DNA from: Candidatus Cryptobacteroides excrementavium
Lineage (GTDB): Bacteria > Bacteroidota > Bacteroidia > Bacteroidales > UBA932
Direction: 5' to 3'
Assembly: GCA_017695025.1 (NCBI GenBank)
Contig: JADILX010000082.1
Span: forward strand, 11,112 to 75,111
Length of the DNA: 64,000 nucleotides
Shown here: one piece after another, positions 44,090-55,700 of the stretch
Position numbering within the stretch: the first letter of the stretch is position 1
Layout of the letters: every line of letters begins with the position of its first letter
The notes under the pieces: generated by a model
Seen by the model: the letters and a program-made list of their open reading frames with translations, nothing else
What the model was told of the DNA's origin: nothing
Database searches by the model: none
Position numbers and translations under genes: made by a program

Positions 44090-46288
44090 TCAATGAATCC
44101 ACACGGTGAGACCGGCCATTACAATAGAGACCATGCTCATGAGTTTGACGAGAATATTCAAAGACGGGCCGGAAGTATCCTTGAACGGGTCTCCGACAGT
44201 GTCACCAACCACTGTAGCCTTGTGGCACTCGGAGTTCTTGCCGCCGAGATTGCCTTCTTCTACATATTTCTTGGCATTGTCCCATGCACCGCCCGAATTG
44301 GCCATGAAGATGGCAAGAACGAATCCGGATCCGAGACCTCCGATAAGCAGGCCCATGACACCGGCCACGCCGAGCACCAGCCCGACGACAACAGGCACTA
44401 TTATCGCAATCAGAGACGGCAGAAGCATCTCATGTTGGGCTCCTTTAGTGGATATCTCGACGCATCTGGCATAATCCGGGACAGCCTCCTTGGTGAGGAT
44501 GCCCTTTATCTCGCGGAACTGCCTGCGGACTTCCTCCACCATCTTCTGCGCAGCCCGTCCAACGGCATTCATGGTCAGACCGCAGAACAGGAAGGACATC
44601 ATGGCCCCGATAAAGACACCCACAAGCACTGACGGATTCATGAGGTCAACATGATAATTGGCCATCAGATCCGGTATAGTAGCCTGCGCGGCATCCACAA
44701 GAGTGCCAGCCGCCCCTACAATCTGCTCCCCGGCCCTGTCGAGGGCTATTTTTATCTCCTCCATATATGAGGCAAGCAGAGCAAGGGCTGTAAGCGCAGC
44801 CGACCCGATTGCGAAGCCTTTGCCGGTAGCGGCGGTAGTATTCCCGAGGGCATCGAGAATATCCGTCCTGCGCCGCACTTCAGGGTCGAGTTCACTCATC
44901 TGTGCGTTTCCTCCGGCATTGTCGGCAATAGGGCCGTATGCATCTGTCGCAAGCGTGATTCCGAGTGTAGAGAGCATGCCGACAGCAGCAATGCCGATGC
45001 CATAAAGCCCGATACTGAGATTCTGGGCGGAAAGCATGTTGGCCATGTCAAAATTTATTGCGCAAAGATATGACAGCAGGATGGCGATAGCAATGGTAAT
45101 GACCGGAACAGCCGTAGAAATCATGCCGAGGCCGACTCCGGATATGATTACTGTCGCAGGCCCTGTCTTGGAACTCTCTGCAAGTTTCTGTGTAGGCCGG
45201 TATGAATGAGATGTGTAGTATTCTGTCGACTGTCCGATGATGACTCCGGCAAGCAGGCCGACTATTACTGAAAACGAGATGCCGAGCCAGTTGTCAAGTT
45301 TCAGGAGCCAGAGCACGCCGAAGGTGGCTGCCGCAATCAGTACGGCACTGAGATTTGTACCGAATCCGAGCGACTTGAGCAACTGGCTCATGCCTGCCCC
45401 CTCCTTAGTCCGGACTGTATATATGCCGATGATGGAAAGGGCGACTCCGACGGCGGCTATAATCATCGGGGCAAAGACAGCCCTGAGCTGCATGTCCTCC
45501 CCAAACCCGTAGAAAGCCGAAGCGCCGAGGGCTGCAGCGGCAAGAATCGACCCGCAATATGACTCATACAGGTCAGCACCCATACCTGCAACATCACCTA
45601 CATTGTCACCTACATTGTCGGCAATTGTAGCCGGGTTACGCGGATCATCCTCCGGAATGCCTGCCTCCACTTTTCCTACAAGGTCAGCCCCCACATCTGC
45701 CGCCTTGGTATAGATACCGCCTCCGACACGGGCAAAAAGAGCCTGGGTAGAAGCCCCCATACCGAAAGTCAGCATGGTAGTAGTGATTGTGACAAGTTTC
45801 TGCGGGCCTGTGGCATCGATGAACTGGTCAAGCACGATATACCACAGGGAAATATCCAGGAGCCCGAGCCCTACAACGGTAAGTCCCATGACCGCCCCGG
45901 AGCGGAATGCCAGCCTCAGTCCTGAATTCAATGAACGCATGGCCGCATTGGCAGTCCTTGCAGAGGCATAGGTTGCAGTCTTCATCCCGATAAATCCGGC
46001 AAGTCCGGAGAAAAAGCCCCCGGTCAGGAACGCAAACGGCACCCATGGATTCTGCACGTTGAACCCGTAGGCAAGCACAGCAAAGAAGACGGCAAGCACC
46101 ACGAAGACAATCGTAACGACCTTGTATTGCTGTTTAAGATAGGCCATGGCGCCCTTTCTGACATACAGGGCAATCTCTTTCATTGTGGCCGAGCCTTCAC
46201 TTTCCTTCATCATCTGCCGGAAGAAAAGCCAGGCAAAAAACAATGCCGCCACCGCAGCGGCAGGCACAAGATAGAAAAGGTTAGTCAT
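44090..46288 (-). CDS. hppA: Membrane-bound proton/sodium-translocating pyrophosphatase
   Basis: 732 aa, about 16 TM. The ADNVGDNVGDVAGMGADL and GGAWDNAKKY motifs are diagnostic. Confidence 0.96.
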   Translation of the reverse strand: MTNLFYLVPAAAVAALFFAWLFFRQMMKESEGSATMKEIALYVRKGAMAYLKQQYKVVTIVFVVLAVFFAVLAYGFNVQNPWVPFAFLTGGFFSGLAGFIGMKTATYASARTANAAMRSLNSGLRLAFRSGAVMGLTVVGLGLLDISLWYIVLDQFIDATGPQKLVTITTTMLTFGMGASTQALFARVGGGIYTKAADVGADLVGKVEAGIPEDDPRNPATIADNVGDNVGDVAGMGADLYESYCGSILAAAALGASAFYGFGEDMQLRAVFAPMIIAAVGVALSIIGIYTVRTKEGAGMSQLLKSLGFGTNLSAVLIAAATFGVLWLLKLDNWLGISFSVIVGLLAGVIIGQSTEYYTSHSYRPTQKLAESSKTGPATVIISGVGLGMISTAVPVITIAIAILLSYLCAINFDMANMLSAQNLSIGLYGIGIAAVGMLSTLGITLATDAYGPIADNAGGNAQMSELDPEVRRRTDILDALGNTTAATGKGFAIGSAALTALALLASYMEEIKIALDRAGEQIVGAAGTLVDAAQATIPDLMANYHVDLMNPSVLVGVFIGAMMSFLFCGLTMNAVGRAAQKMVEEVRRQFREIKGILTKEAVPDYARCVEISTKGAQHEMLLPSLIAIIVPVVVGLVLGVAGVMGLLIGGLGSGFVLAIFMANSGGAWDNAKKYVEEGNLGGKNSECHKATVVGDTVGDPFKDTSGPSLNILVKLMSMVSIVMAGLTVWIH

Positions 46289-46366
46289 ATCTATACTTAT
46301 TGGTTAATATTCAAAGCATGTAAAGATAAGAATATAAATCTACACTCCGAAATTTTTATAGACGAA

Positions 46367-46409
46367 GGATGGAGACCCGAAAGGAATATTTCCCTTTGAG
46401 TCTCCATCC
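46367..46409 (-). terminator. Long hairpin downstream of the GH20 gene, a probable PUL operon terminator
   Basis: GGATGGAGAC...GTCTCCATCC forms a 10-bp outer stem with further inner pairing. The downstream T tract is weak. Confidence 0.4.
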
Positions 46410-46436
46410 AGAAGAAATCAGCCGGACAAAACCCTG

Positions 46437-48731
46437 TCAGTCCTCCTTATAGAAGAACCAGCCGTCACCGAAAGGTACTCTGTTGCCGTTTTCATCAACG
46501 AGAGCGAGGGTAACACGTCCGCCATTATAGTCAAAATAACGGAGTTCAAACGGATGAAGTCCGGCAGACATAGCCGCCTGGCCCGTCTTTTCGATGAGAG
46601 TGTGCTCTCCGTCATTGTCGATTACAAGACGCCCGTCAATCCGGAGAAGGCTCCCGTCATTGGACGCAAGCGCAAACGTATAGATACCGTCTTCCGGGAC
46701 ATCAATATATCCGCGGAAAATAATACCCGTGGCCCTGCGCCCCTTCGCCACATCCGGGAACTGCACGGTATCCACGACACACGTACCGTCCGGACGCGCA
46801 CCTGCTACGGCATCGCATTTAGGGAAACGCTTGAAATACCATTCGGCATGAAGCCCCGGCCTGACCCCCTCAACCTCGACAGGCCCGGCATACCCGCACT
46901 TGTCGTAGGCTATTCTCACCCAGTCTCCTGTACGTCCGTCCGCATGAAAAGCACGCACTGTCAGTACGGCATCATCATAGAACGTTATCGGACCGGTATA
47001 GACAGGGGACTCCGTATCCGGCACGCTGTCGTCGAGAGTATACCGGAGAATTGCCGATGGCAGAGGACAAGTGACAGTCGAGGATATGGAATCCGTGAAC
47101 ACGCAGAACTCGTGGAAATTCTCCAGTGTCGGGATGCGGTAGTTGATACCCTGGGCGTCAAGTCTCTCGCAATAGCGGTACAGACGAGGAATCATGGTCT
47201 TGTCGTTGACCGACTCCGGCGGACACCAGCCCTTCTCGGCCACAATCAGCAGACGAGGATAAAACATGTACTCGACTCTCGACCATGACGGCACCCTTTC
47301 CGTCCACACATTGCCCTGGACCCCGAGTATACGGCTTTTCTGCCCGGCAGAAAGCGAATCCGGAACCATATCATAATTGCTTGTACGGATAAGCGACCCC
47401 GAATCCTCCTCAAGAGAAAAATAGAACCACGACTGAGGACAGAGTATTACATCACATCCGAGGGCGGTGGCATCCGGCACGGACTCCGGCATCCACGGAC
47501 GCCACCACATAATGGTTGTAGACGGAGTGACCTCGCCCTGAAGCAGTTCGTCCCATCCTATCATGCGTTTTCCGTTGGCCTCGAAGAAATCCTGCATCCT
47601 GTGCGTAAACCATGCCTGAAGGGCATGTCCGTCAGCGAGCCCCTCTTTCTTCATACGTGCCTGACACAGAGGGCAGCGGTTCCAGTTCTTCATATTGACC
47701 TCATCCCCTCCGATATGCACATATTCGTATGGGAACAGTTCGAAAACCTCCTCCCACACTTCCTCGCAGAAGTCCAGGACATCATCCTTGCCGAGACACA
47801 GCGGAGAAGAGAATGCCTCCCCGGTCCATGTCTGAGGCTCGAAACATGTCAGTTCCGGATAATGCTCTATCGCCTGGAGAAAATGTCCCGGCATGTCAAT
47901 CTCAGGAATCACGTCTATTCCGCGTGCAGCGGCATAGGCAACAATCTCCCTGATGTCGTCCTGCGTATAAAATCCACCGTATAGTGTCTTAGAGCCTTCG
48001 GTACGCAGATATTTCTCGGGAAGCAAATAATCCGGGTTGCGCTGGGCAGCCGCACGCTCCATGCAGATTTCATCATGCTTGTTGAATTGTCTCCATCCGC
48101 CCTTTTCTGTAAGGTCCGGATACCCCTTGATCTCGATGCGCCATCCCTGGTCATCGGTAAGATGCCAATGGAACTTGTTGAGTTTGAGCATGGCCATCTG
48201 GTCGAGCATCATGAAGATTTCCTCCTTGTCAAAGAAATGCCGGCTGACATCAAGCATCACACCTCTCCATCCGAATGCAGGCCTGTCAGAAATCCTGACA
48301 CAAGGTATTTCAGGACTGCTCACGGACTCTGCAGGAAGCAGCTGCCTCAAGGTGGCGATTCCGTTGACAACGCCCCTGTCAGAGCCGCCGGAAATGCTGA
48401 TTCCCGATTTCTTCACTGAAAGGGCATACTCCTCAGGCGCCATTGACGGATCCGTTGAAAGCCGGACATATCCGGAGGCATCATCCGTGACGGAAGTCTC
48501 AGCATATGGAGAAAGGGCCTCGGCAAGATACTCCGCCTGCAGCACAAGCCCCTCATCATCAGCCGATATGACAAGACTTTCAGGGAGCCGGCAGGTGCCG
48601 GCATGCCATGCCACATGCAAAGGCTGCGGAATCAGCACCGGGAGTTCGTCGGCTGACGGGCCTCCGCAGGCACACAATGCCAGTGCCGCAATAATTGCAG
48701 CACCGGCCTTTTCATTCATAAATCTCTTCAT
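46437..48731 (-). CDS. GH20 beta-N-acetylhexosaminidase lipoprotein with a C-terminal PA14-like domain
   Basis: Signal peptide and lipobox (AALALCACG). GH20 catalytic block YVHIGGDEV. The C-terminal ~140 aa (GIYTFALASNDGSLLRIDG...LRYFDYNGG) is PA14/GLEYA-like. Confidence 0.9.
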   Translation of the reverse strand: MKRFMNEKAGAAIIAALALCACGGPSADELPVLIPQPLHVAWHAGTCRLPESLVISADDEGLVLQAEYLAEALSPYAETSVTDDASGYVRLSTDPSMAPEEYALSVKKSGISISGGSDRGVVNGIATLRQLLPAESVSSPEIPCVRISDRPAFGWRGVMLDVSRHFFDKEEIFMMLDQMAMLKLNKFHWHLTDDQGWRIEIKGYPDLTEKGGWRQFNKHDEICMERAAAQRNPDYLLPEKYLRTEGSKTLYGGFYTQDDIREIVAYAAARGIDVIPEIDMPGHFLQAIEHYPELTCFEPQTWTGEAFSSPLCLGKDDVLDFCEEVWEEVFELFPYEYVHIGGDEVNMKNWNRCPLCQARMKKEGLADGHALQAWFTHRMQDFFEANGKRMIGWDELLQGEVTPSTTIMWWRPWMPESVPDATALGCDVILCPQSWFYFSLEEDSGSLIRTSNYDMVPDSLSAGQKSRILGVQGNVWTERVPSWSRVEYMFYPRLLIVAEKGWCPPESVNDKTMIPRLYRYCERLDAQGINYRIPTLENFHEFCVFTDSISSTVTCPLPSAILRYTLDDSVPDTESPVYTGPITFYDDAVLTVRAFHADGRTGDWVRIAYDKCGYAGPVEVEGVRPGLHAEWYFKRFPKCDAVAGARPDGTCVVDTVQFPDVAKGRRATGIIFRGYIDVPEDGIYTFALASNDGSLLRIDGRLVIDNDGEHTLIEKTGQAAMSAGLHPFELRYFDYNGGRVTLALVDENGNRVPFGDGWFFYKED

Positions 48732-49996
48732 CGGTCATTCATGTTTGTGTAATCCTGGACCCATTCAAGACCTGTCGCATCCCCGTAATTTACCTTCCAG
48801 TTGTTAAGGGACAGGTCTCCGGCATCCGAATACTCGCATCTGCCTTCGTGCCCGTTACCTGTTGCATCGGCAAAAGTAAAGCCCTTGCCTTCGTCCATTC
48901 TCCAGTAGCCGACCAGACCTTCACTGGCAGGGTCGACACTTGTCATGTTATTGGCCAGCTGGCTTGCAGAGCGGGCGACATTCCAGAGGCGCACTTCCCT
49001 GAAAGAGATTGTCGCAGCCTCATGGTCGACACCGAAGTTCACCGGCTGCGGAAGCAATGAGAAGTAGCTGAACTTAAGCGGCGGATTTGCCGGAGCCGCA
49101 TTCTTTGAGCCGGCTTCCGTCCCGTCGATGTACAGACGTGTCACGGACCCGTCAAAAGTTATTGCGACATGCTGCCATACTCCTGCCTGATTCCTGATTG
49201 TAGAATTGACTCCCGGCCTTGCGATAGTCATCATCAGAAGCCTGTTATTCGGCCATTCATTGTTATAGGTCTCGAACCTGAGCGCCATCCTGTTTGCAAG
49301 GCCCCCATTGTCCAGGGCAGCTATCATGAACGGATTGGCGAACCCGCTGAATTCATACACGTACATCATGAACTCGAATGTATACTGGTTGAACTCTACA
49401 TTCTCCCCTACATCGAACATTACACGGTTGAGTTTCTGCGTCTCGAGCGTCTCCGCATATTCGGAATTGAAGACAGGGACAGGCATTATGCGGCTCCAGC
49501 TGCAGACAAGCACGAATTCGGACTTGCTCTCCATTACCATCATGTCCCCTCCCGTACAGCGGAGTCTTACCGGGATGGCATATGTCACTCCGGACTCCTT
49601 CATCTCGTCATTATACGACATCTCCACCTGTACAGGGGAAGCCGACACCTGGTCCACAGCAATCTCTACCGTCTTCTCCGAGAAACCGTATGCCGATTCA
49701 GGCATATTGACATAGGATGTCCCGTTCAGTTCATTATAGCGTGTCAGCACCTCCGGGTCGACCTCGAATGTGAACGACAGGTCGGACGCTGCCTTGCTGC
49801 CCAGACGCGCTGTCAGCGTGGTCTGCGCCACCTCATCATTCGCAATATTCAGGATTACACTTGAAGCATTGTATGCCTCGGCAATATAGGCCGCATTCTC
49901 TATCGGCTTCAGCTTGGCATCATTGCATCCGGAGACCGCGAATATGGCCCCGGCCGGAATGAATGCCAGACAAAAATATTTGAATATCCTTTTCAT
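48728..49996 (-). CDS. DUF1735-type plus concanavalin A-like/LamG domain surface lipoprotein (PUL accessory, SGBP-like)
   Basis: Lipobox AVSGC. LamG-like WQHVAITFDGSVTRLYIDG and VRLWNVARS. Sits between GH18 and GH20 in a SusCD locus. Confidence 0.75.
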   Translation of the reverse strand: MKRIFKYFCLAFIPAGAIFAVSGCNDAKLKPIENAAYIAEAYNASSVILNIANDEVAQTTLTARLGSKAASDLSFTFEVDPEVLTRYNELNGTSYVNMPESAYGFSEKTVEIAVDQVSASPVQVEMSYNDEMKESGVTYAIPVRLRCTGGDMMVMESKSEFVLVCSWSRIMPVPVFNSEYAETLETQKLNRVMFDVGENVEFNQYTFEFMMYVYEFSGFANPFMIAALDNGGLANRMALRFETYNNEWPNNRLLMMTIARPGVNSTIRNQAGVWQHVAITFDGSVTRLYIDGTEAGSKNAAPANPPLKFSYFSLLPQPVNFGVDHEAATISFREVRLWNVARSASQLANNMTSVDPASEGLVGYWRMDEGKGFTFADATGNGHEGRCEYSDAGDLSLNNWKVNYGDATGLEWVQDYTNMNDR

Positions 49997-50008
49997 ATCC
50001 GTTTCCTC

Positions 50009-51154
50009 CTATTCTTTTTCCTGTCCGAGACTGTTCATTGCCGTAATCGCCCTGCGGTAGTATGAGTAGCAGTCATTGCGGAAGTCATTCTGCATGTAAT
50101 ATGCTCCGAAACCGCCTTTGCGATAGCCGTTATCAGGCTCCCATATGGCCATTCCATACAGGGAATTGGTGGTGGTGCCGTCCTTAAGTGTCATCGGCAC
50201 CCCGCCCTGGCTTGCATATGACGTGTTCTCGAAATTCTCCGTCACAATCGTCTTCTTAGTGATGAGTTCCTTGTCAAGCACATCCCCGAAAGCCGTGACC
50301 AGGCCGTTCAATCTGGAGTCAAGCGATGCCTGCCGTGTACACGTATATGTCTGGAGAATGAAATAGTCGAAACAGTCTATGGTCTCCTTAGGCATAAGCG
50401 CTACCTCTCCGTCCACTATCAGCATCTTTCCGCTTGTGGATTTCGGGCCGAGCCGCTTGCTGCACTCGTCCACGAACCAGTTTACCCTCTGGGCCGGAGT
50501 GGTACCGGCATAGATTTCGCCCTGCTCGGGTATTTCTTCGATAGTGCTGACTATATTCCCGTAATGGTCCCAATATGACGGCTCGTAGTCGATGTCAAGT
50601 CCGTCATACCCGTTTTCAAGTACAATGTCAACGAGAGCATTGGCATACTTTCGCAGGGCGGTCTCGATCTGCTCCGGTGTCGCATCATCGGTCCAGCCCC
50701 AGTAGAGCCGCCTGAGCCTTACAATCTCATCATCGCTTTCCGCATCTGCAGTCACTTCATCAGGCGTGGCATTGAGTCCGATATTCGTCAGCAGGGTAGT
50801 GACAACGACCTTAGTCCCCTTCTTTTCCCTTACTGAACGCATCTCGGCCTTCTGGGCCTCATCAGGAGTGAATGGCGACCAGATGGCAACCATATCGACA
50901 CTGTCCGGCACTCCGCTGAGGCTGGCGAATGTCGTGGCAGCAGTAGGATTCCAGCCTCCGAGCCAGCCGAAGGCAATCGAATGGTCAGATGCCTTGTAGG
51001 CGCGCAGAGCCTCATAATAGCTGTCATCCGGATACTGCCTCAGGTCTCTTGCCTCCGGAGTAACCCAGTCGCTGCACGCCGTGAAAGCCCCGGCTGCCAC
51101 AATGGCGGCAGCAATAGATATAATTCTTGTCTTTGTATTCATAAGATATGTCAT
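50009..51154 (-). CDS. GH18 endo-beta-N-acetylglucosaminidase-like lipoprotein
   Basis: Lipobox FTACS. GH18 catalytic DxxDxDxE motif YDGLDIDYEP. Confidence 0.88.
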   Translation of the reverse strand: MTYLMNTKTRIISIAAAIVAAGAFTACSDWVTPEARDLRQYPDDSYYEALRAYKASDHSIAFGWLGGWNPTAATTFASLSGVPDSVDMVAIWSPFTPDEAQKAEMRSVREKKGTKVVVTTLLTNIGLNATPDEVTADAESDDEIVRLRRLYWGWTDDATPEQIETALRKYANALVDIVLENGYDGLDIDYEPSYWDHYGNIVSTIEEIPEQGEIYAGTTPAQRVNWFVDECSKRLGPKSTSGKMLIVDGEVALMPKETIDCFDYFILQTYTCTRQASLDSRLNGLVTAFGDVLDKELITKKTIVTENFENTSYASQGGVPMTLKDGTTTNSLYGMAIWEPDNGYRKGGFGAYYMQNDFRNDCYSYYRRAITAMNSLGQEKE

Positions 51155-51166
51155 AATCGGTTAAAG

Positions 51167-52765
51167 TCAGTTCTTCTTGGCCCACCATACATCGGTCCCG
51201 TGCTGGTCCGGACCGTCAAGCAGCTGGACAGCCACAGTCACGTTTTCCCTGTTGTTGTCATATTCCGACTGCGGATAATGCAGACGGCGCATTCCCCGCG
51301 TACCATCGACTTCTCCCCACTGTCCGCCATGGCTCAGGTTATTGACTGCCATAAGCATCTCAGGGAAGCCGGTACGGCGGAAATCAGCCCAGGCCTCATG
51401 TCCTATCATGTAGTTCGCAATCCATTTCTGGATGATGATACGCTCGAGTTCGTTGCCGTCAGCAGCCCATGCGACAGACGGGGCTGTCCCGAAATCAATA
51501 TCGGAATTGCGTCCCAGCGGGTCCTCATAGGAAAGTTTGACCTCATCTGATTTCTGGATATAACTGTTATAGTCGGACGAGCATCCCGCCTCTGCCATGG
51601 AAGTCTGTATCCCCATCTTGTAAAGGTTCTCGGCAGTATCCCCCATTGACCATCCGAGCAGCGCTCCCTCAGCCCTGAGGAACCAGCTTTCAGCGGCATA
51701 CATCACAGGTACCGGGTCAGTCTCCCCGAAAAGAGGGTAAGAATACCCGGTATAATCCTTAACCTGCACACCGTTTATTCCGGAGCGGGCACCCACATAA
51801 GCCAGGTCTCCGCCATATGACGACACTGAAAAATAGTGAGGTCTGCGTGGATCGGCATATGCATTCATATACATTGTAATGTTGGCATTGGACCTGAGAT
51901 CCTGCCAGTCCGAGATTGTTGCCTGCGTAAAATACGGATTCCTGCGGGAAGAAAGTTCGAAATACATGGACTCGGACACCTCATCCACCAGTCCGTATAT
52001 AGCGGCATCGTCTACTGCCTCCTCGGCAAAACGCTGCGCATCGGCCTGGACCTCAAGAACACCGCTCATACGGATAGCCATACGCAACTTGAGGGTATTT
52101 GCAAAGGCAAGCCACAGACGGGCATTCCCGGCATAACTGCTTATGTCGGACTCGGGCAGAAGGGAAGTGTTTCCTGACGATATGAAGGTATAAAGCACAT
52201 CCATCGCCTCATCAAGGTCGGCAATCATTGCCATATACACATCCTTCTGGCTGTCGTAAGGCACGGAGAATGTCCCCTGCTGCATCCCGGTATACGGGAT
52301 AGGCCCGTAGGCATCCGTGACACGCAGCATCGAGGCCACACGGACAATCTGTACGAGCTGGTACACCGGACCTTCTCCGCCTGTCTCATTTACCACCTGA
52401 TAATAGTTGCTGTAGAAATTCGAGAATGTATTCTCGAAGAGCGGGTCATTGAATGCATCAGACGGATTATATGTAGAGATATTCTGGCCCTGATATGGTT
52501 TCACGGCAGAACAATATCCTCCGAGTTCATCCCCTATCAGGACATCCTGATACTGGGATGCATTGACCTGGACATGCATCATCCATTCAAGCATGGACGG
52601 GAAGAGGATACCGACTCCGAGATTGTCTCCTTTCAGGTCTTCGTCTGTCGGACGGTACGGCTTTGTATTGTACTCCTCGAATTTGCCCGTACAGGCTACA
52701 GCGGAGAACAGTGCTGCACAGAGGGCAATACGGCCGAACATGAGTATAATCTTATTTCTTTTCAT
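51167..52765 (-). CDS. susD: SusD/RagB family nutrient-binding outer membrane lipoprotein
   Basis: 532 aa. Lipobox AVACTG, a helical TPR-like protein, located immediately downstream of a SusC gene. Confidence 0.9.
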   Translation of the reverse strand: MKRNKIILMFGRIALCAALFSAVACTGKFEEYNTKPYRPTDEDLKGDNLGVGILFPSMLEWMMHVQVNASQYQDVLIGDELGGYCSAVKPYQGQNISTYNPSDAFNDPLFENTFSNFYSNYYQVVNETGGEGPVYQLVQIVRVASMLRVTDAYGPIPYTGMQQGTFSVPYDSQKDVYMAMIADLDEAMDVLYTFISSGNTSLLPESDISSYAGNARLWLAFANTLKLRMAIRMSGVLEVQADAQRFAEEAVDDAAIYGLVDEVSESMYFELSSRRNPYFTQATISDWQDLRSNANITMYMNAYADPRRPHYFSVSSYGGDLAYVGARSGINGVQVKDYTGYSYPLFGETDPVPVMYAAESWFLRAEGALLGWSMGDTAENLYKMGIQTSMAEAGCSSDYNSYIQKSDEVKLSYEDPLGRNSDIDFGTAPSVAWAADGNELERIIIQKWIANYMIGHEAWADFRRTGFPEMLMAVNNLSHGGQWGEVDGTRGMRRLHYPQSEYDNNRENVTVAVQLLDGPDQHGTDVWWAKKN

Positions 52766-52785
52766 AACAGAACTGTCAGAGATTG

Positions 52786-55700
52786 TTAAAACTGGAATTT
52801 AACCGAGAAGCCGAGATTCCTCTGGCTTGGCATCATGAAATAGTCAACTCCCTGCAGGAAGTTGTCGGTAGTGGAAGTGGTAAGTTCCGGATCAAACGGA
52901 GCCTTGTTATATATCATCCAGAGATTGCGTCCTATCAGCGAGACTGTCATGGCAAGTTTGTCCTTGAACCATTTCTTAGGAAGCGTATATGCCAGCGACA
53001 GTTCCTGGAGCCTGACATTTGTGGCATCATAGATGTAATATGCCCCGGCACCGGTTCCTGCACCGATGGTCTGATAATAGTTCTTGGCGTCTACAAGGCC
53101 GTTATTGACCCTCACTCCTCCGGCAGCCCTGGCAGCGGCAGAACGCTCGGATACTCCGTAAAAGTCGAGGATTGCCTCTGTATTGGACACTACCGAACCA
53201 CCAAGCCTTGCCGTAATCATCACGTTCAAGGTCAGTCCTTTATATGAGAAGCTGTTGCTCCACCCGAGATTGCCGAGAGGAAGCAGGCTGGCCACTTTGC
53301 GGCGCTCTGTCTGGGCAAGTTCGACCTGGTTGGTCTGAGGGTCCACATAGATATTGCCGTTACCGTCAGTCCGGAGTTCCCTGTTGATATAGAGGTCTCC
53401 CATTGTCCCGCCTTCATAAAGGATTACCTGAGGGGAGCCGGTCTCGCCGAGTGTCGCCTTCTCAAGGTAAGGCATGTCGATAGGCTTCCCGTCAACCGGG
53501 CTTATGACTCCGTCGGCAAGCCTCATTATCTTGTTGCGGTTCATCGTATATGTCAGGCTCGTGTTCCAGGAGAAATCCTTCCATGTATTCTGGTAGCTGA
53601 GCAAAAGTTCGAGACCTGTATTGCGGACCTGTCCTGCCTGTACCAGCACTGACGAATAACCTGATGTGGACGCAGGAGTGGATTCGAATGTCTGGTTGTA
53701 GGTGTCGGAGAGATACCATGTGGCATCGAGATTGACCTTGCCGTCGAAGAAACGCGCATTGAGGCCCACCTCCCATGAGTTGGTCTGCTCCGGCTTAAGG
53801 TTGTCATTCGGGAAACGGTGGTTGGAGTCCCATGAATGGTTCTGGGCCCTGTACTCATAATACGGCTTTGTCAGATAGGCGGCATATGAGGAACCAACCG
53901 CTGAGAATGATGCACGGACTTTCAGGAATGAGAACCATTTAGGGAACTCTACCATCTCGGAGATAATCCCGGAAAGGCCGACCGAAGGATAGAAGAATGA
54001 CTTGTATTTTGAGAATGCAAGGGCCGACTCCCAGTCATTACGTCCGGTCAGAGTAAGATATACCATACTCTTCCAGCCGAGTTCGACATTGGCGAAAACA
54101 CTCTGCGACTGCACCCTTGACCCGTCTTCACGCTCACGGTACGATGTCGTGGAGATATTGGTAACCGAGAAGAAATTCGGTATCTGCCTCAGGTCTCCTC
54201 CCCATCCGAGAAGGTCCATCTGCACATCCTTGATGGATGCCCCGACATTGGCAGTGAGATGCCAGTCCCTGGCAAGATATACATCTATATTGGCGATAAC
54301 ATCGGCGTATGTCTGCATATCATTACGCTTCACTATGTTATAAAGGCCCTTTTCTCCGGCGAAGTTCGTGTTTGTGCCGGCATAGCGCTTATTGGTCGTA
54401 TTGATATTGGAATTGTCGACCTTTACCCTCCCGACGATATTCAGCCACTTGGTTATGTCATACTTCAGGCTGGCGGAAAGCATGTAGCGGTGCTTCTTGG
54501 ACTGATTGATCATCTTGTGCATGATCCAGTACGGGTTCTGGAATGACATGTCTCCGGAGCCGTACGTCCAGTTCTGGTCATAGAGGTTGCGCGACTCATC
54601 CCATATCTGGTACATCCTGACATTATCGAAATCCTCTCCACGAGGGAAAAGATAGAGGGCCGGGAGCGGGTTGAAGTACTCTCCGGAGGCAATCATGTTC
54701 TTGTTGTCCTGGATGATATAACTCGCACTCACATCAAGAGTCATCTTGTCCTTCAGGAATGATGTAGTATTCCTGAACGTAAAATTATAGCGGTTGTAGC
54801 CACTGTTAGGGATGATATTCGATGCATTTGTCGTCGCGACAGACAGATAGGTCTGGTTCCGTTTGGACCCCATGGATACAGCCACGGAATTGTTGATGTT
54901 CGACCCGGTATTGAAGAATTCACCCGGATTGAAACGGCGCGAAGTCCCGGCACCCCAACTCTGGTAGGACCCCGGCTCGTTCCCGTATGTATTCTGGAAA
55001 CGCGGCATCACAAACGGAGTAGAGAATGTGGTGCTGTTGGAGATGCTTACCTGCACCTTTCCCTCGGCACCTTTCTTTGTATTGATGAGGACAACGCCGT
55101 TTGCCGCCTCGGATCCGTAAAGGGCCGCTGCGGAAGGTCCAGTAAGCACCGATATGGACTCAATGTCGTCAGGATTGATATCCGCCACGCCGTCAGAGCC
55201 GAGATAGTTGCCCTGAAGACCGTCATCGGTCGAACCGAAAGAGATATTGGTCATAGGGACACCGTCTATCACATAGAGGGCATTGTTGTCCTTGTAGATG
55301 GATTTCGATCCGCGCATCACGACACGGACAGCACCGCCGACACCCGCAGCAGACGATGTTATCTGCACACCGGCAACCTTCCCGTTAAGGGAATTCATGA
55401 AATTGGCATCCTTGACGGTAACAAGTTTCTCGGCATCCACTTCCTGGACATTGTATGACAGCGTCTTTTCCTGACGCCTGATACCGAGAGCCGTCACTAC
55501 GACTTCATCGAGAAATTCAGAAGAGACGCTCAGTTTGAAATTCTGAGTCGCCTGCCCGGTATAAGGGACTTCCTGTGTGGCGTATCCCAGAATGGATACA
55601 ACGATTACATCTCCCTGCTCAAGACCTCCGAGAGTGTAATCTCCGTCAATTCCCGTAATCACTCCGCCCTGACTGTCCTTGATCATCACGGCGGCCCCGA